A stretch of DNA of 64,000 bases from Spirochaetia bacterium (GTDB taxonomy: Bacteria > Spirochaetota > Spirochaetia > SP-2023), in the NCBI GenBank assembly GCA_965225855.1, contig CBDDCK010000001.1:201995-265994 (forward strand), in the 5' to 3' direction. Every line of letters starts with the position of its first letter. The first letter of the stretch is position 1. The notes under the pieces are model-generated. The model did no database searches. It had not been told where the DNA came from and worked only from the letters and a program-made list of their open reading frames with translations. The translations under genes and the position numbers were made by a program. Below, in pieces: positions 52,320 to 61,768 of the stretch.

Positions 52320-53516
52320 TCAGGAAGAATGATTACTTAAAACAGCAACCGTCTTGCTGTCAAAGTTTGATACTGGGTAATTTTTCTTTTCTTCTTGCAT
52401 TTTTATTTTATCATGTTCGCTTTCAAATTCATAAACAAAAGCTGCAATCAAATTGCGGTCTTTATAGGTGATTTTTTCAATACGATTTTGTAAAATAACG
52501 GCATTGATGTTTGTGTTTCGGAGTTTGGTGTAGCCTACAATTTCTGAAACAAAATGAATGGTTTGACTATCATAAGGGTTTAAATAACTAACTCCTATTA
52601 AAGATTTTTTGGGAAGCTGAACATGGGATAAGATACCACAACCTGTAGTGGAAATATCACAAAGCAGAGCATTGATAATAGACCCATCGACTTCTAATTT
52701 ATTTTCAACTTGAGCTAATGGGATAATCGCTACAGAAACTTGGAGTTGTTTGCGTTTATAGCGGCGGGCACCAAAAATAATTTCAGGTTTTCTTCTGCAG
52801 TGCTCTAATGTTAATAGTTTCTTATTTTTTGTATGCTGATGTTTACGGGTCTTACTATACCCTCGAACTTTGCTGCTATAAATTGCCCTATCGCCAGTCT
52901 TAATGATTTCAATTTTACTATCGCTCCCTTTCACGACTTGACTGGGACTGCCATTTAAAAGCTGAATTTCAAAATAATTTCGATGGTTTGAATAAAGTTT
53001 TCCTACAAAACGAAATTGTTGAGGTTTGTCTTCGGAGTTTTGCACAATTGTATTTAAGTAAAAGCGAGAACCTCTGGGAATTTTGCGAGTGCTTTTAACA
53101 AAAACACTTTTATGTAGAGAATTTTCTATTTTTTGAGTAATACTGAAAATATAAAAGCGAGCCTCCTCAATATCGCCAACGAAGTTTTCAGGTTGAGTGA
53201 ATGTAGCTCGGTATATCTGGCGCATAATGCTTTGGTTAAATTTAGCATGGTAAAAAACATCTAAAAAGCGAGGTATTGGATTATTTTTAAGATAATTTTC
53301 AAAAAAGAGACGTTCTTTTTCCGTAAATTCTGCATTTAAAGCAAGCTCTCGGTATTTCTTGGAAGAAAATCTATAATTAGAGAGACTTCTTACTTGCTGC
53401 CAGAGATTCAAATAATGACTAAGTAAAATAATAATTGCGATAAGCCCTACACAAGTAATAACAATTAAAAATGCAATAGCTTGGCTATTCGGCTGTATCG
53501 TTGGCAATACGTTCAT
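52320..53516 (-). CDS. Membrane-anchored PilZ-domain protein
   Basis: N-terminal TM helix; RRYKR and DISTTG c-di-GMP-binding motifs. Confidence 0.8.
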   Translation of the reverse strand: MNVLPTIQPNSQAIAFLIVITCVGLIAIIILLSHYLNLWQQVRSLSNYRFSSKKYRELALNAEFTEKERLFFENYLKNNPIPRFLDVFYHAKFNQSIMRQIYRATFTQPENFVGDIEEARFYIFSITQKIENSLHKSVFVKSTRKIPRGSRFYLNTIVQNSEDKPQQFRFVGKLYSNHRNYFEIQLLNGSPSQVVKGSDSKIEIIKTGDRAIYSSKVRGYSKTRKHQHTKNKKLLTLEHCRRKPEIIFGARRYKRKQLQVSVAIIPLAQVENKLEVDGSIINALLCDISTTGCGILSHVQLPKKSLIGVSYLNPYDSQTIHFVSEIVGYTKLRNTNINAVILQNRIEKITYKDRNLIAAFVYEFESEHDKIKMQEEKKNYPVSNFDSKTVAVLSNHSS

Positions 53517-53527
53517 ATCCTGCTTCC

Positions 53528-54667
53528 TTAAAACTTATGCTTTTCTATTGAGACCAGCTCGGCCAATAAATCTATAATTTGCTGTATCAAAGGGATTATT
53601 TCATATTCTACTAAATCTCCAATATTTACAGTATCGGTTTCCTCTATTGCATTGGCTAATTCTTTTAAAAAGGGGGTAATTTGGTTAAATACCGTTTCCA
53701 GTTTTTTATTCCCTTGAATTTCTTGTTGCTCGATCAGCTGCTCTAGTAATAATGATAATTCTGATACATAATAGAAAATTTGTTGCGTTTGGCCGCTCTG
53801 TAACTGAACTAAAGCTTCTTCCAGCTCTTGACTTTTTTGTGTCAATTGTTTTTGGATTTCAGTAATATTTATATCACAAAATAAGGCGGGCTGGGCAAGC
53901 TCAACAACGGAAACTTCTGCCTGCTCTTGTGTATTTAATTTATGTTGTTCAGGGCGCAATAGCCAAGTTGTATAATGCTCATGCAAATCTTTGAGTAAAA
54001 GTGGTATAGCTTTTAGTATCTCATTCATACGATTTTTATCAGTGCGAATGGCATTTTTATTCCATAACTTTATTGCTTGAGCATTTTGCTGATGATCTTG
54101 AAAATAATTCCAAATAGAGAGGCAAGCCTTCAATTCTGTGAGCAAAGAGTTTTCATGATTTTTGTATTGTTTGGGGTCGCATTCTGCTTCGCTATGTTCT
54201 TGCCATAAAATAGTTTTTACTTGCTCAATACTACGTTGTATTAATTCAAACAAGGGCTTCGAGTCACTAAAGAAATCTTGTAGAAAGACAAATCGACGGT
54301 TTTCAAAAGCATTTTGGATAATTTGGAAATAATCGCTAAGAGTTTTGAGGGACTCTAAAATAGTGTTCTCACTTTCTGAAATTAAATTTTTGTGAACTTT
54401 GTTTAATTCTAATTGCTGATATGCTTGCATTGGACTGCTGAAAATTTCCAATTTTTCAATTTGTGTGAGCTGATGTTGAAAGAAATCAAAATCCCACTCC
54501 CCTTTGGGCTGCTCTTGTATGAAATAATGAGTTCCATCTAAAATGAATTCTTTTAAATAGTGTGAATCTGATTCGATCCAATTTGAGATACCACGCAGTA
54601 CTTCAGCTAGCAGTTTTTCATTTTCAAGCTGGATATCTAATTCTTCATCATTTAATAAAATTTGCAT
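53528..54667 (-). CDS. Hypothetical helical protein
   Basis: 379-aa ORF; C-terminal DTVNIGDLVEYEIIP motif. Confidence 0.7.
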   Translation of the reverse strand: MQILLNDEELDIQLENEKLLAEVLRGISNWIESDSHYLKEFILDGTHYFIQEQPKGEWDFDFFQHQLTQIEKLEIFSSPMQAYQQLELNKVHKNLISESENTILESLKTLSDYFQIIQNAFENRRFVFLQDFFSDSKPLFELIQRSIEQVKTILWQEHSEAECDPKQYKNHENSLLTELKACLSIWNYFQDHQQNAQAIKLWNKNAIRTDKNRMNEILKAIPLLLKDLHEHYTTWLLRPEQHKLNTQEQAEVSVVELAQPALFCDINITEIQKQLTQKSQELEEALVQLQSGQTQQIFYYVSELSLLLEQLIEQQEIQGNKKLETVFNQITPFLKELANAIEETDTVNIGDLVEYEIIPLIQQIIDLLAELVSIEKHKF

Positions 54668-55090
54668 GGAAATGACCCCAAAATCGGCTCAAAATTTTCA
54701 TAAAAAATCCAGAAAATTATACAAAAAATTTATATTCTATTAAAATTTTAAAAGGTTTGCTTTTTATAAAATTTTTTCAAGTGATTTTCAAATTGAATAT
54801 TCACAAATATATGAAAATTATATTTATAATCAAATATCTAAAGTTATTATAGTTTATGTTTTTGACTTGATTTTTATGCAATTAAAATAAAAAAGAACAA
54901 CAATTATAAAGATTATGTATAAAAATATATCTCATCTCTTTATATTTTTATACAGAATCTTTATATTTTTATACAGAATAAAGAGCTTTAGTGTTGCTAT
55001 TGTCTATTTCTTTAGGATTAGTTAAGCTGCTGGCAGAATTATAAATCTCAACATCAAGTTAAATATTTTTGAATGTTAAGGACGGTATAT

Positions 55091-55948
55091 ATGGCTGTCG
55101 ATTGGCTAGATTTAATTCAAGCAGACTTTGTCAATATACAAAAACAATTCAGTAGTAAAGAAGAGCTTCTGGAATTTTTGGCAGCTCAGTTTAGCCAAAG
55201 CCCAAAGCTTTCAAAATGTAAGCCCAATGATATTTTGCACTCTCTCAAAGAACGGGAAGCGCAAAGTTCTACTGGTTTGGGCGGTGGCGTTGCAGCACCA
55301 CATTGCGGTTTGAAAAAAGCTGATGGTTTTGTCATTATCATTTTAACTTTGGCGCAAGGCTTAGATTTTGCTGCTTTTGATTCTCTACCCTGTAATTTGA
55401 TTATTGCGATTGTCGGCCCATTAGCAGAGCGCAGTCAGCATGTGCAAATTTTAGCTTCGTTAGCTTCTGGGCTGCAAAAAGAAGAAGAAGTTCAGGCTTT
55501 ATCGAGTTGTCAGGAACAGAATGAAGGTCTACAAATTTTGGGCCGCATGTTCTCAGTTGATTTCCTTGCGGGCAACAGCAATGTAGCAGAACCAAATAAA
55601 ACGGATTCTTCAAAGATTGGTTTTAGCCGTCTGACAATGCTGGTTCAAAAAGAAAAGTTTTTTGTATCCTTACTGGAAGAAGCGGTACGGGCTTCTGAAA
55701 GTTCGGTAATGGTTATTGAAGGCCATCATGTTGCCGAGTACCTTCAGCGAATGCCCTTATATGCATTTGTGCTCAACAATAGCAAAATGAATAAATTTTT
55801 TCGTTGTATTGAAGCGATTGTGCCGAATAAAGAATTGACTTCTATCTACGATACCGTCCGCCGAATTGACAAAAAAATAGAAAAAAACCCTGGACTATTG
55901 GTATTCCATCAAGAAATTCATGGCATGTTGGGGAGCTTGGATTGTTAA
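55091..55948 (+). CDS. PTS EIIA (Fru/Ntr-type) domain protein with C-terminal extension
   Basis: EREAQSSTGLGGGVAAPH phosphorylation motif and H..ILA. Confidence 0.85.
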   Translation: MAVDWLDLIQADFVNIQKQFSSKEELLEFLAAQFSQSPKLSKCKPNDILHSLKEREAQSSTGLGGGVAAPHCGLKKADGFVIIILTLAQGLDFAAFDSLPCNLIIAIVGPLAERSQHVQILASLASGLQKEEEVQALSSCQEQNEGLQILGRMFSVDFLAGNSNVAEPNKTDSSKIGFSRLTMLVQKEKFFVSLLEEAVRASESSVMVIEGHHVAEYLQRMPLYAFVLNNSKMNKFFRCIEAIVPNKELTSIYDTVRRIDKKIEKNPGLLVFHQEIHGMLGSLDC

Positions 55949-56045
55949 AAATCTATTTTTTGACTACCGTTAAATTTCTTTTTTAGACACAGTATATAAA
56001 CAGTATTTCTGTTAGTAGTTCTGAATTTTCAAAAGGTATAAAAAA

Positions 56046-57347
56046 GTGGCGCAAATTTTTGTAGATTATTGGCAATGGAGCCGTAGTTTAAATCTTTCTG
56101 TCCCTCTGATGTTGGGGATTTTTATCATTGCAGGTCGTTTGTTTGCCATACTTTTTGAGAAAATGCGCCTACCTTCAATTGTGGGTTTATTGATTGGGGG
56201 TGTGCTATTGGGCAGCTCTGGCTTTAATTTAATTGATAGCCAAGACATTCAGCAACTTTCATTTTTGTCCAATTTAGCTTTGGCCTTTGTTGCATTGAGT
56301 TTGGGGCTGGAATTTAAAGCTGTAACGATTCAAAGCCTCGGTATCGGGATCAGTGTTTTGATAGTATTAGAGTGCCTTTTGACCTTTTTCTTGATAGGGG
56401 CTGGAATGTGGCTTATTAGTGGCAGTTTACCTTTTGGACTGGCGGCTGGAGCGGTGGGGGCAGCTAGTGCGCCTACTGGAGCTTTAGCTATTGTCAGTGA
56501 ATTTAAAGCCAAAGGCCCGCTAACGAGTACAATTTTTGCCATTACTGGTTTTGATGATGCCATCAGTATTATTATTTTTAGTTTTGCCAGTACCTTGGCC
56601 GTAGCTTTGTATGCTAAGGAAATTGGCTATGTTGGGGAACATAGCTCCAATAGTTTACTGTATGAATTACTTGTTGAGCCTTTACTTGAAATAGGGTTAT
56701 CTATCTTGATAGGTATCGTTTGTGGCTATCTATATCGTTTGTTGACGCAAAAGACCAACGATGGAAGTATTATGTTGCTTTGGATAATGGGCATGATGTT
56801 TATCATAGAAGGGCTCAGCTCTATTTTCCATTACTCACTGATTTTATCGAACATGATTATGGGTGTGGTGATTATCAATTTAATTAGCTCTGCCAAAGGG
56901 GCAAAATTGCTAAAGACTTTGGAAACTTTGATGCCAGCTATTTTTGTGTTATTTTTTGTTTTCACGGGGGCTCAAATCGATATTCGTCTGAGACCTTCTA
57001 TTGGTTTGGCCGGAATGCTTTATATTATTTGCCGCATTTTGGGTAAATGGTTGGGCGCTTTTACTGGTGCTAGCATTGCGAGGCTCTCGCCTAATGTTTG
57101 CAAATATTCATGGGCGGGGCTGTTGTCGCAAATAGGGGTAGGGCTTGGTTTGGCCATCGTGCTGGTTGAGAAATTTCGGCCTTTGGGAGCGAGTGCCTTG
57201 GCTATGGGGCAGGAAATATTATTGATTGTTACTGCAACCAGTATTGTCTTTGAAATTATAGCCCCTATTTTGACTAAATGGGCGTTGCTGAAAGTGGGAG
57301 AAATTCGCGATAGTATTCCTACAGATGAATTGGTTGAAGATGATTAA
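56046..57347 (+). CDS. Cation:proton antiporter (CPA family)
   Basis: About 12 TM helices; LPSIVG, GFDDA, RILGK, LLSQIGV motifs. Confidence 0.88.
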   Translation: MAQIFVDYWQWSRSLNLSVPLMLGIFIIAGRLFAILFEKMRLPSIVGLLIGGVLLGSSGFNLIDSQDIQQLSFLSNLALAFVALSLGLEFKAVTIQSLGIGISVLIVLECLLTFFLIGAGMWLISGSLPFGLAAGAVGAASAPTGALAIVSEFKAKGPLTSTIFAITGFDDAISIIIFSFASTLAVALYAKEIGYVGEHSSNSLLYELLVEPLLEIGLSILIGIVCGYLYRLLTQKTNDGSIMLLWIMGMMFIIEGLSSIFHYSLILSNMIMGVVIINLISSAKGAKLLKTLETLMPAIFVLFFVFTGAQIDIRLRPSIGLAGMLYIICRILGKWLGAFTGASIARLSPNVCKYSWAGLLSQIGVGLGLAIVLVEKFRPLGASALAMGQEILLIVTATSIVFEIIAPILTKWALLKVGEIRDSIPTDELVEDD

Positions 57348-57373
57348 AAATTTTAGGAGGCCCAAAGCCGGAT

Positions 57374-58660
57374 ATGCTCCTGCTTATAAGTAGCATTACA
57401 TTGGCAATACTGTTCATTTTTGGTGCTTTCTTTTCTGCTGCTGAAACGGCTATGACGGGTCTTAGCCAAGTTGATGTGGTTGCCTTGAAGGAAGCCCACC
57501 CGATTTTAGGGAAGAGAATTGAGTATTTGTTAAAGGAACCTGATAGGTTAATTGCTTCTTTGCTAATTGGTAATAATATTGCCAATGTTAGTGCGTCTGC
57601 CATTGTTGCTTATATTACTAACTTGTATTTGGGTGGAATTTTTATTGCTTTAAGTACTTTTGTTCTGACTTTGGTAATCATTGTTTTTTGTGAAATTGTT
57701 CCCAAGCAGATTGGTTTAATTTATAAGCGTACAATTGTTTTGGCATTGGTTGGGTCGGTTACTTTTTTTTATGTTTTATTTTCTCCAATATTGAGCTTGA
57801 CTTTATGGTTTTCCAAAATTGTATTCCCTTTTTTGAAGAAAGAGATTGAAAAAGAAAACTTGGAAAAATCTTTGGAACATATGGTAGATTTGGCTTGTGT
57901 CAATGGTTTTATCGATCACTATGAACGGGAATTCATTAACAATGTACTCGATTTGAATGATAAAACGGCTAAGCAAATTATGACCCATCGTAAGAATATT
58001 TTTTCCATTGAGGCTACTGGGAAATTGCGGGATATATACCCGATTATTGTAGAAAATTCATATAGCCGAATCCCCGTCTATAGGGAAAATCAGGAAAATA
58101 TTGTCGGTATTTTGTATCTAAACGATATTCAAAAACTGTATGTGTCTGTCCCCCCCGAGCAGTTTGATTTGCAGGAAAATGACTATGCGATAACCGCTGC
58201 AGAAATTATGAAACCAGTAGGGGTCCGCCCGGATAATGTTCGGGTTTCTGATTTGTTTTTTTATTTCCGCCAGAATGAGGGCAATTTGATTGTGATTTTA
58301 GATGAATACGGTGGCTTAGCAGGTATAGTGAGCCAAGAAGATGTACTAGAAGCCGTATTTGGTAAGCTTTATGATGAAGACGAAACGGATTCTGCTCTGT
58401 ATATCCAAAAGATAGATAGTGCATTTCAGTTTTCAGGTATGCTAAGCATTCAGCAGTTTAAGGAATATTTTGATATCGAAATTAAAATGAAAGAAAGTGC
58501 CCGTTTGGCAACCATATCGGGTTATATTTGTGATGTCTTTGGTTCTATACCAGAGCAAGGCAAAAGAATTGAAATTCCCGAAGGTGTATTTTTTGTCCAA
58601 GAGAGTGATGGCCAAAGGGTTATCACAGTATCTTTTACGCCTATGCAAAACACTCCCTAA
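57374..58660 (+). CDS. HlyC/CorC (CNNM-CBS-CorC) family protein
   Basis: FFSAAETA, LLIGNN, EIVPK, YSRIPVY, DEYGGLAGIV motifs. Confidence 0.92.
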   Translation: MLLLISSITLAILFIFGAFFSAAETAMTGLSQVDVVALKEAHPILGKRIEYLLKEPDRLIASLLIGNNIANVSASAIVAYITNLYLGGIFIALSTFVLTLVIIVFCEIVPKQIGLIYKRTIVLALVGSVTFFYVLFSPILSLTLWFSKIVFPFLKKEIEKENLEKSLEHMVDLACVNGFIDHYEREFINNVLDLNDKTAKQIMTHRKNIFSIEATGKLRDIYPIIVENSYSRIPVYRENQENIVGILYLNDIQKLYVSVPPEQFDLQENDYAITAAEIMKPVGVRPDNVRVSDLFFYFRQNEGNLIVILDEYGGLAGIVSQEDVLEAVFGKLYDEDETDSALYIQKIDSAFQFSGMLSIQQFKEYFDIEIKMKESARLATISGYICDVFGSIPEQGKRIEIPEGVFFVQESDGQRVITVSFTPMQNTP

Positions 58661-58761
58661 CGCAAGGTATAAATGGTAAAAACCATCTTATTGGTTAGTT
58701 AGAGAGTCTAACTGGAAAATACTTTATTTAAAAAGCTTACTCTAAACGGGCTTGAACTATG

Positions 58762-58806
58762 TGATGCAGGACGTGATAACTTTGTGCCATCGGACGTGAT
58801 AACTCG
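58762..58806 (-). repeat. Transposon-like right-end motif downstream of copy 4
   Basis: Reverse complement of 41170-41214. Confidence 0.85.
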
Positions 58807-59000
58807 ACTCTTCTACTTTCCAGAATGGCTATAATTGATAAAACAACTTACCAAGGCTTGGCCAAAGTTTATCTTGTTACAAAAAAGCCAACCAAGCATT
58901 GCTTACCGCATTTACTTGGTTGGCCTGCCTGCTAGCTTTCACTTAGCTGCTCTAAGAGCTATTGGGCAAGCGTTGCAATAACCAAAACCTACTTACCAAC

Positions 59001-60878
59001 TTATAACTTGAATATACTATTGGTTAGGTCTTCTGGACTACCAGGTACAAATTCTGCTGCTGCTTCAAAGTTGTATGCACCATTATTATCACTTTTACCA
59101 TTCTTAACCAGTATAGCATTGACTTTGGCTTTTACACTACCGCTTAAAGTAATCAATAAGCTTGTTGCACTTGCTTGAGAACCTGTGGCTTTGTTTGCAC
59201 CTTCGGTTGAGTGCCGTGGTAATGTGAATCTCTTCTTACCATCACCGGATACAAGCGTCAATTTGCTAAAGTCCCAGTCTGCAACTGCTCTCGGTAACCT
59301 GCTACCACTAATATATAACTGGCCTGTATTAGCTATGTAGGTTACGGAGTCGATCTGGCTTACGTAGCCCCTAACGGTAATCGGATTGGTTGTGTCTTCT
59401 GCGCTACCACCTGCAAAGCCTGCTGCTGCTTCCAGGTTGTATGCACCATTATTATCACTATCACCAGTCTTAACCAGTATCTTATTGGCTTCCGCTTTTA
59501 CATTACCGCTTAAAGTAATCTTTAAGAATCCTGTATTTGGACTAGAACCTGAGGCTGTATTTTCACCTGCAGTTGAGTGCCGGGGTAATGGGTATCTCTT
59601 GTTACCATCACCGGATACAAGCGTCAATTTGCTAAAGTCCCATCCTGCAACTGTTTTCGGTAAACCGCTACCCTCAATATCTAACACGCCTGTATTAGCA
59701 TCGTAGGTTGCTGTGTCGATGCTGGCTACATACCCCCTAACGGTAATAGGGTTGGTTGTGTCTGCTGCACTACCACCTGCAAATCCTGCTGCTGCTTCCA
59801 GGTTGTATGCACCATTAGCATCACTATCACCATCGTTAACCAGTATCTTATTGGCTTTGGCTTTTACACTACCTCTTAACTCAATAAATAATTTTGTTGC
59901 ACTTGCTTGAGAACCTATGGTTGTGTTTCTACCTAAAGTTGAGTGCTTAGGTAATGTGAATCTCTTACTACCATCACCGGATACAAGCGTCAATTTGCTA
60001 AAGTCCCAGTCTGCAACTGCTGCTGGTAAATTAGTACCTGTAATCTCTAAGAAGCCTGTATTAACATTGTAGGTTGCACGGGTAATTGCGGGGTCGGGTA
60101 GCTTAGGCGACTGATCTTCGGCTTGTTCGACTTCTTCAGCTTGTTCGGCTTTAGGTTGCTTAGGCGACTCCTCTTCGGTTTCTTCGGCTTCGGGTAGTTT
60201 ACGCGACTCCTCTTCGGTTTCTTCGGCTTCGGGTAGCTTAAGCGACTGATCTTCAGTTTCGGTCTTAGACTGCTTATCTTCGACTTCTTCGGTTTGTTCA
60301 GCTTGTTTGGCTTGTTCAGCTTGTTCGACTTTAGCTTGCTTAGGCGACTGCTGTTCGGTTTGTTCGGCTTGTTCGGCTTGCTTAGATGGCTTATCGGGTA
60401 TATTGCTAACGGTTAAGTCTTTGGCTGTATCTAAACCCGCCCAAGCACCAGTGCCAACGCTAAGCAACCCTTTTTTTAGACCATCGCTACCCACCTTGGC
60501 CTCAAGAGTAGCTTTATCGTCATCGGTAAGTTTCAGCCAAAGCGCTGTGCCATCGCTTTTAATACGGTACTTACCTTTTGCAAGACCGTTACTATTTACA
60601 CCAGTGGCATCCTCATCTGCAGTATAGGAACTTAAGGCTACACCATTTGTTCGGCTTCCTACCCTGATAGTTTGGATTTGCGCTTCTGTAGGACTTAAGT
60701 CAGTACCTTGTACGGTTAAGATAGCCGTAGCAAAGTCGTAGATAGCGTTATTGATAGTCGGCCCAGACGGCCCAGAAGGCCCAGAAGATGGTGCATCGTC
60801 ATCGGGTGGGGCGCAGGCCAAGGCCATAAAGGCCAGTAGCCAGGCTACAGGCAATAAAAGTAGTTTGAGCTTATACAT
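59001..60878 (-). CDS. Modular repeat surface lipoprotein, copy 4 (A x1, long Q/E linker, B x3)
   Basis: Same signal peptide and lipobox; one LAKGKYR and three WDFSKL domains. Confidence 0.9.
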   Translation of the reverse strand: MYKLKLLLLPVAWLLAFMALACAPPDDDAPSSGPSGPSGPTINNAIYDFATAILTVQGTDLSPTEAQIQTIRVGSRTNGVALSSYTADEDATGVNSNGLAKGKYRIKSDGTALWLKLTDDDKATLEAKVGSDGLKKGLLSVGTGAWAGLDTAKDLTVSNIPDKPSKQAEQAEQTEQQSPKQAKVEQAEQAKQAEQTEEVEDKQSKTETEDQSLKLPEAEETEEESRKLPEAEETEEESPKQPKAEQAEEVEQAEDQSPKLPDPAITRATYNVNTGFLEITGTNLPAAVADWDFSKLTLVSGDGSKRFTLPKHSTLGRNTTIGSQASATKLFIELRGSVKAKANKILVNDGDSDANGAYNLEAAAGFAGGSAADTTNPITVRGYVASIDTATYDANTGVLDIEGSGLPKTVAGWDFSKLTLVSGDGNKRYPLPRHSTAGENTASGSSPNTGFLKITLSGNVKAEANKILVKTGDSDNNGAYNLEAAAGFAGGSAEDTTNPITVRGYVSQIDSVTYIANTGQLYISGSRLPRAVADWDFSKLTLVSGDGKKRFTLPRHSTEGANKATGSQASATSLLITLSGSVKAKVNAILVKNGKSDNNGAYNFEAAAEFVPGSPEDLTNSIFKL

Positions 60879-61146
60879 AAGCAATACCTCCAACAATGGA
60901 TAAAGATTCGCCAACCCATACGGGCTAGTCTGTAAATCCCTATTTTGCTAGGGGGGGTGTTGCGTCAAGGCCTATGTAAGCTTTTTGTAAGCTTTTTACA
61001 AGTTTTTTTATGTTTGGGGTACTTTTTTTGTGTTAGGGTACTTTAGCTTGGGCTATATGGGCTTTTGGGTATTTAGCTGGGGCTCTTCACGCAAACAATT
61101 TTGGCCATACAGTGTTTTGGGTTTGTTGCTTTGGGGTGTTGGTTGG

Positions 61147-61311
61147 GGGTGGGAAAGTGTAGAATTGAATAAAATACTTGATTACACTATGGGGCAATCT
61201 CCAAAAGGTGAAACATTAAAAGGTGAAACATTTAATGAAAATGAAAACGGGATATTATTCTTTCAGGGGCGTTCAGAATTTGGCCAACGATTTAAGATGA
61301 TTGTTGTATAG
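61147..61311 (+). pseudogene. Fragment of a type I restriction specificity subunit (HsdS-like)
   Basis: GWESVELNKILDYTMGQSPKGET(LKGET)FNENENGILFFQGRSEFGQRF resembles the HsdS TRD start (GW..L.....MGQSP...N..G.PFFQG..EFG); internal 15-bp duplication, early stop. Confidence 0.7.
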
Positions 61312-61362
61312 GTCGTGTATTATGTGCCGATGTAGAAAATTTCATTAAAGACTAGGGTATCA

Positions 61363-61479
61363 ATAGATGGGAGGTAAATCTATTGATAGATTTAGGTCAA
61401 TTCTATTAAATAGGTGGGAGGTAATTCTATTGATAGATTTGGGTCAATTCTATTATATAGGTGGGAGGTAATTCTATGG
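61363..61479. repeat. Tandem repeat with 47-bp period (alternating 23/24-bp subunits), 2.5 copies
   Basis: ATAGRTGGGAGGTAAWTCTATTG alternates with ATAGATTTRGGTCAATTCTATTAW. Confidence 0.9.
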
Positions 61480-61768
61480 TTAGAGGGGGCTGGCTACTTT
61501 AATTAGATAATGATAAGTCGATGCCCCAATTTGTGAATCTGCTTTTTTTATCTGAAGCCCTTTGGCCTTTACCTTGCGGCTCTTCTGGGTATATAGCGAA
61601 AGCGCTCGTTGCAAACAACTTTGGCCATACAGTGTCGATCGGGTTTGTTGGAAAATCCCCAGGTTGCAAATCAAAAAAGCTAGTTGAGACCATTGTCTTA
61701 ACCTCTGCTTTGAAATTAGCCTTAGATGATCAAATATTCATCGATGGCAATAAGACGATTATCTTGAA

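Noticed and set aside
61363..61479. Mini-CRISPR (repeat-spacer-repeat appearance)
   Set aside because: The two apparent spacers are nearly identical to each other and related to the repeat; it is a 47-bp tandem repeat
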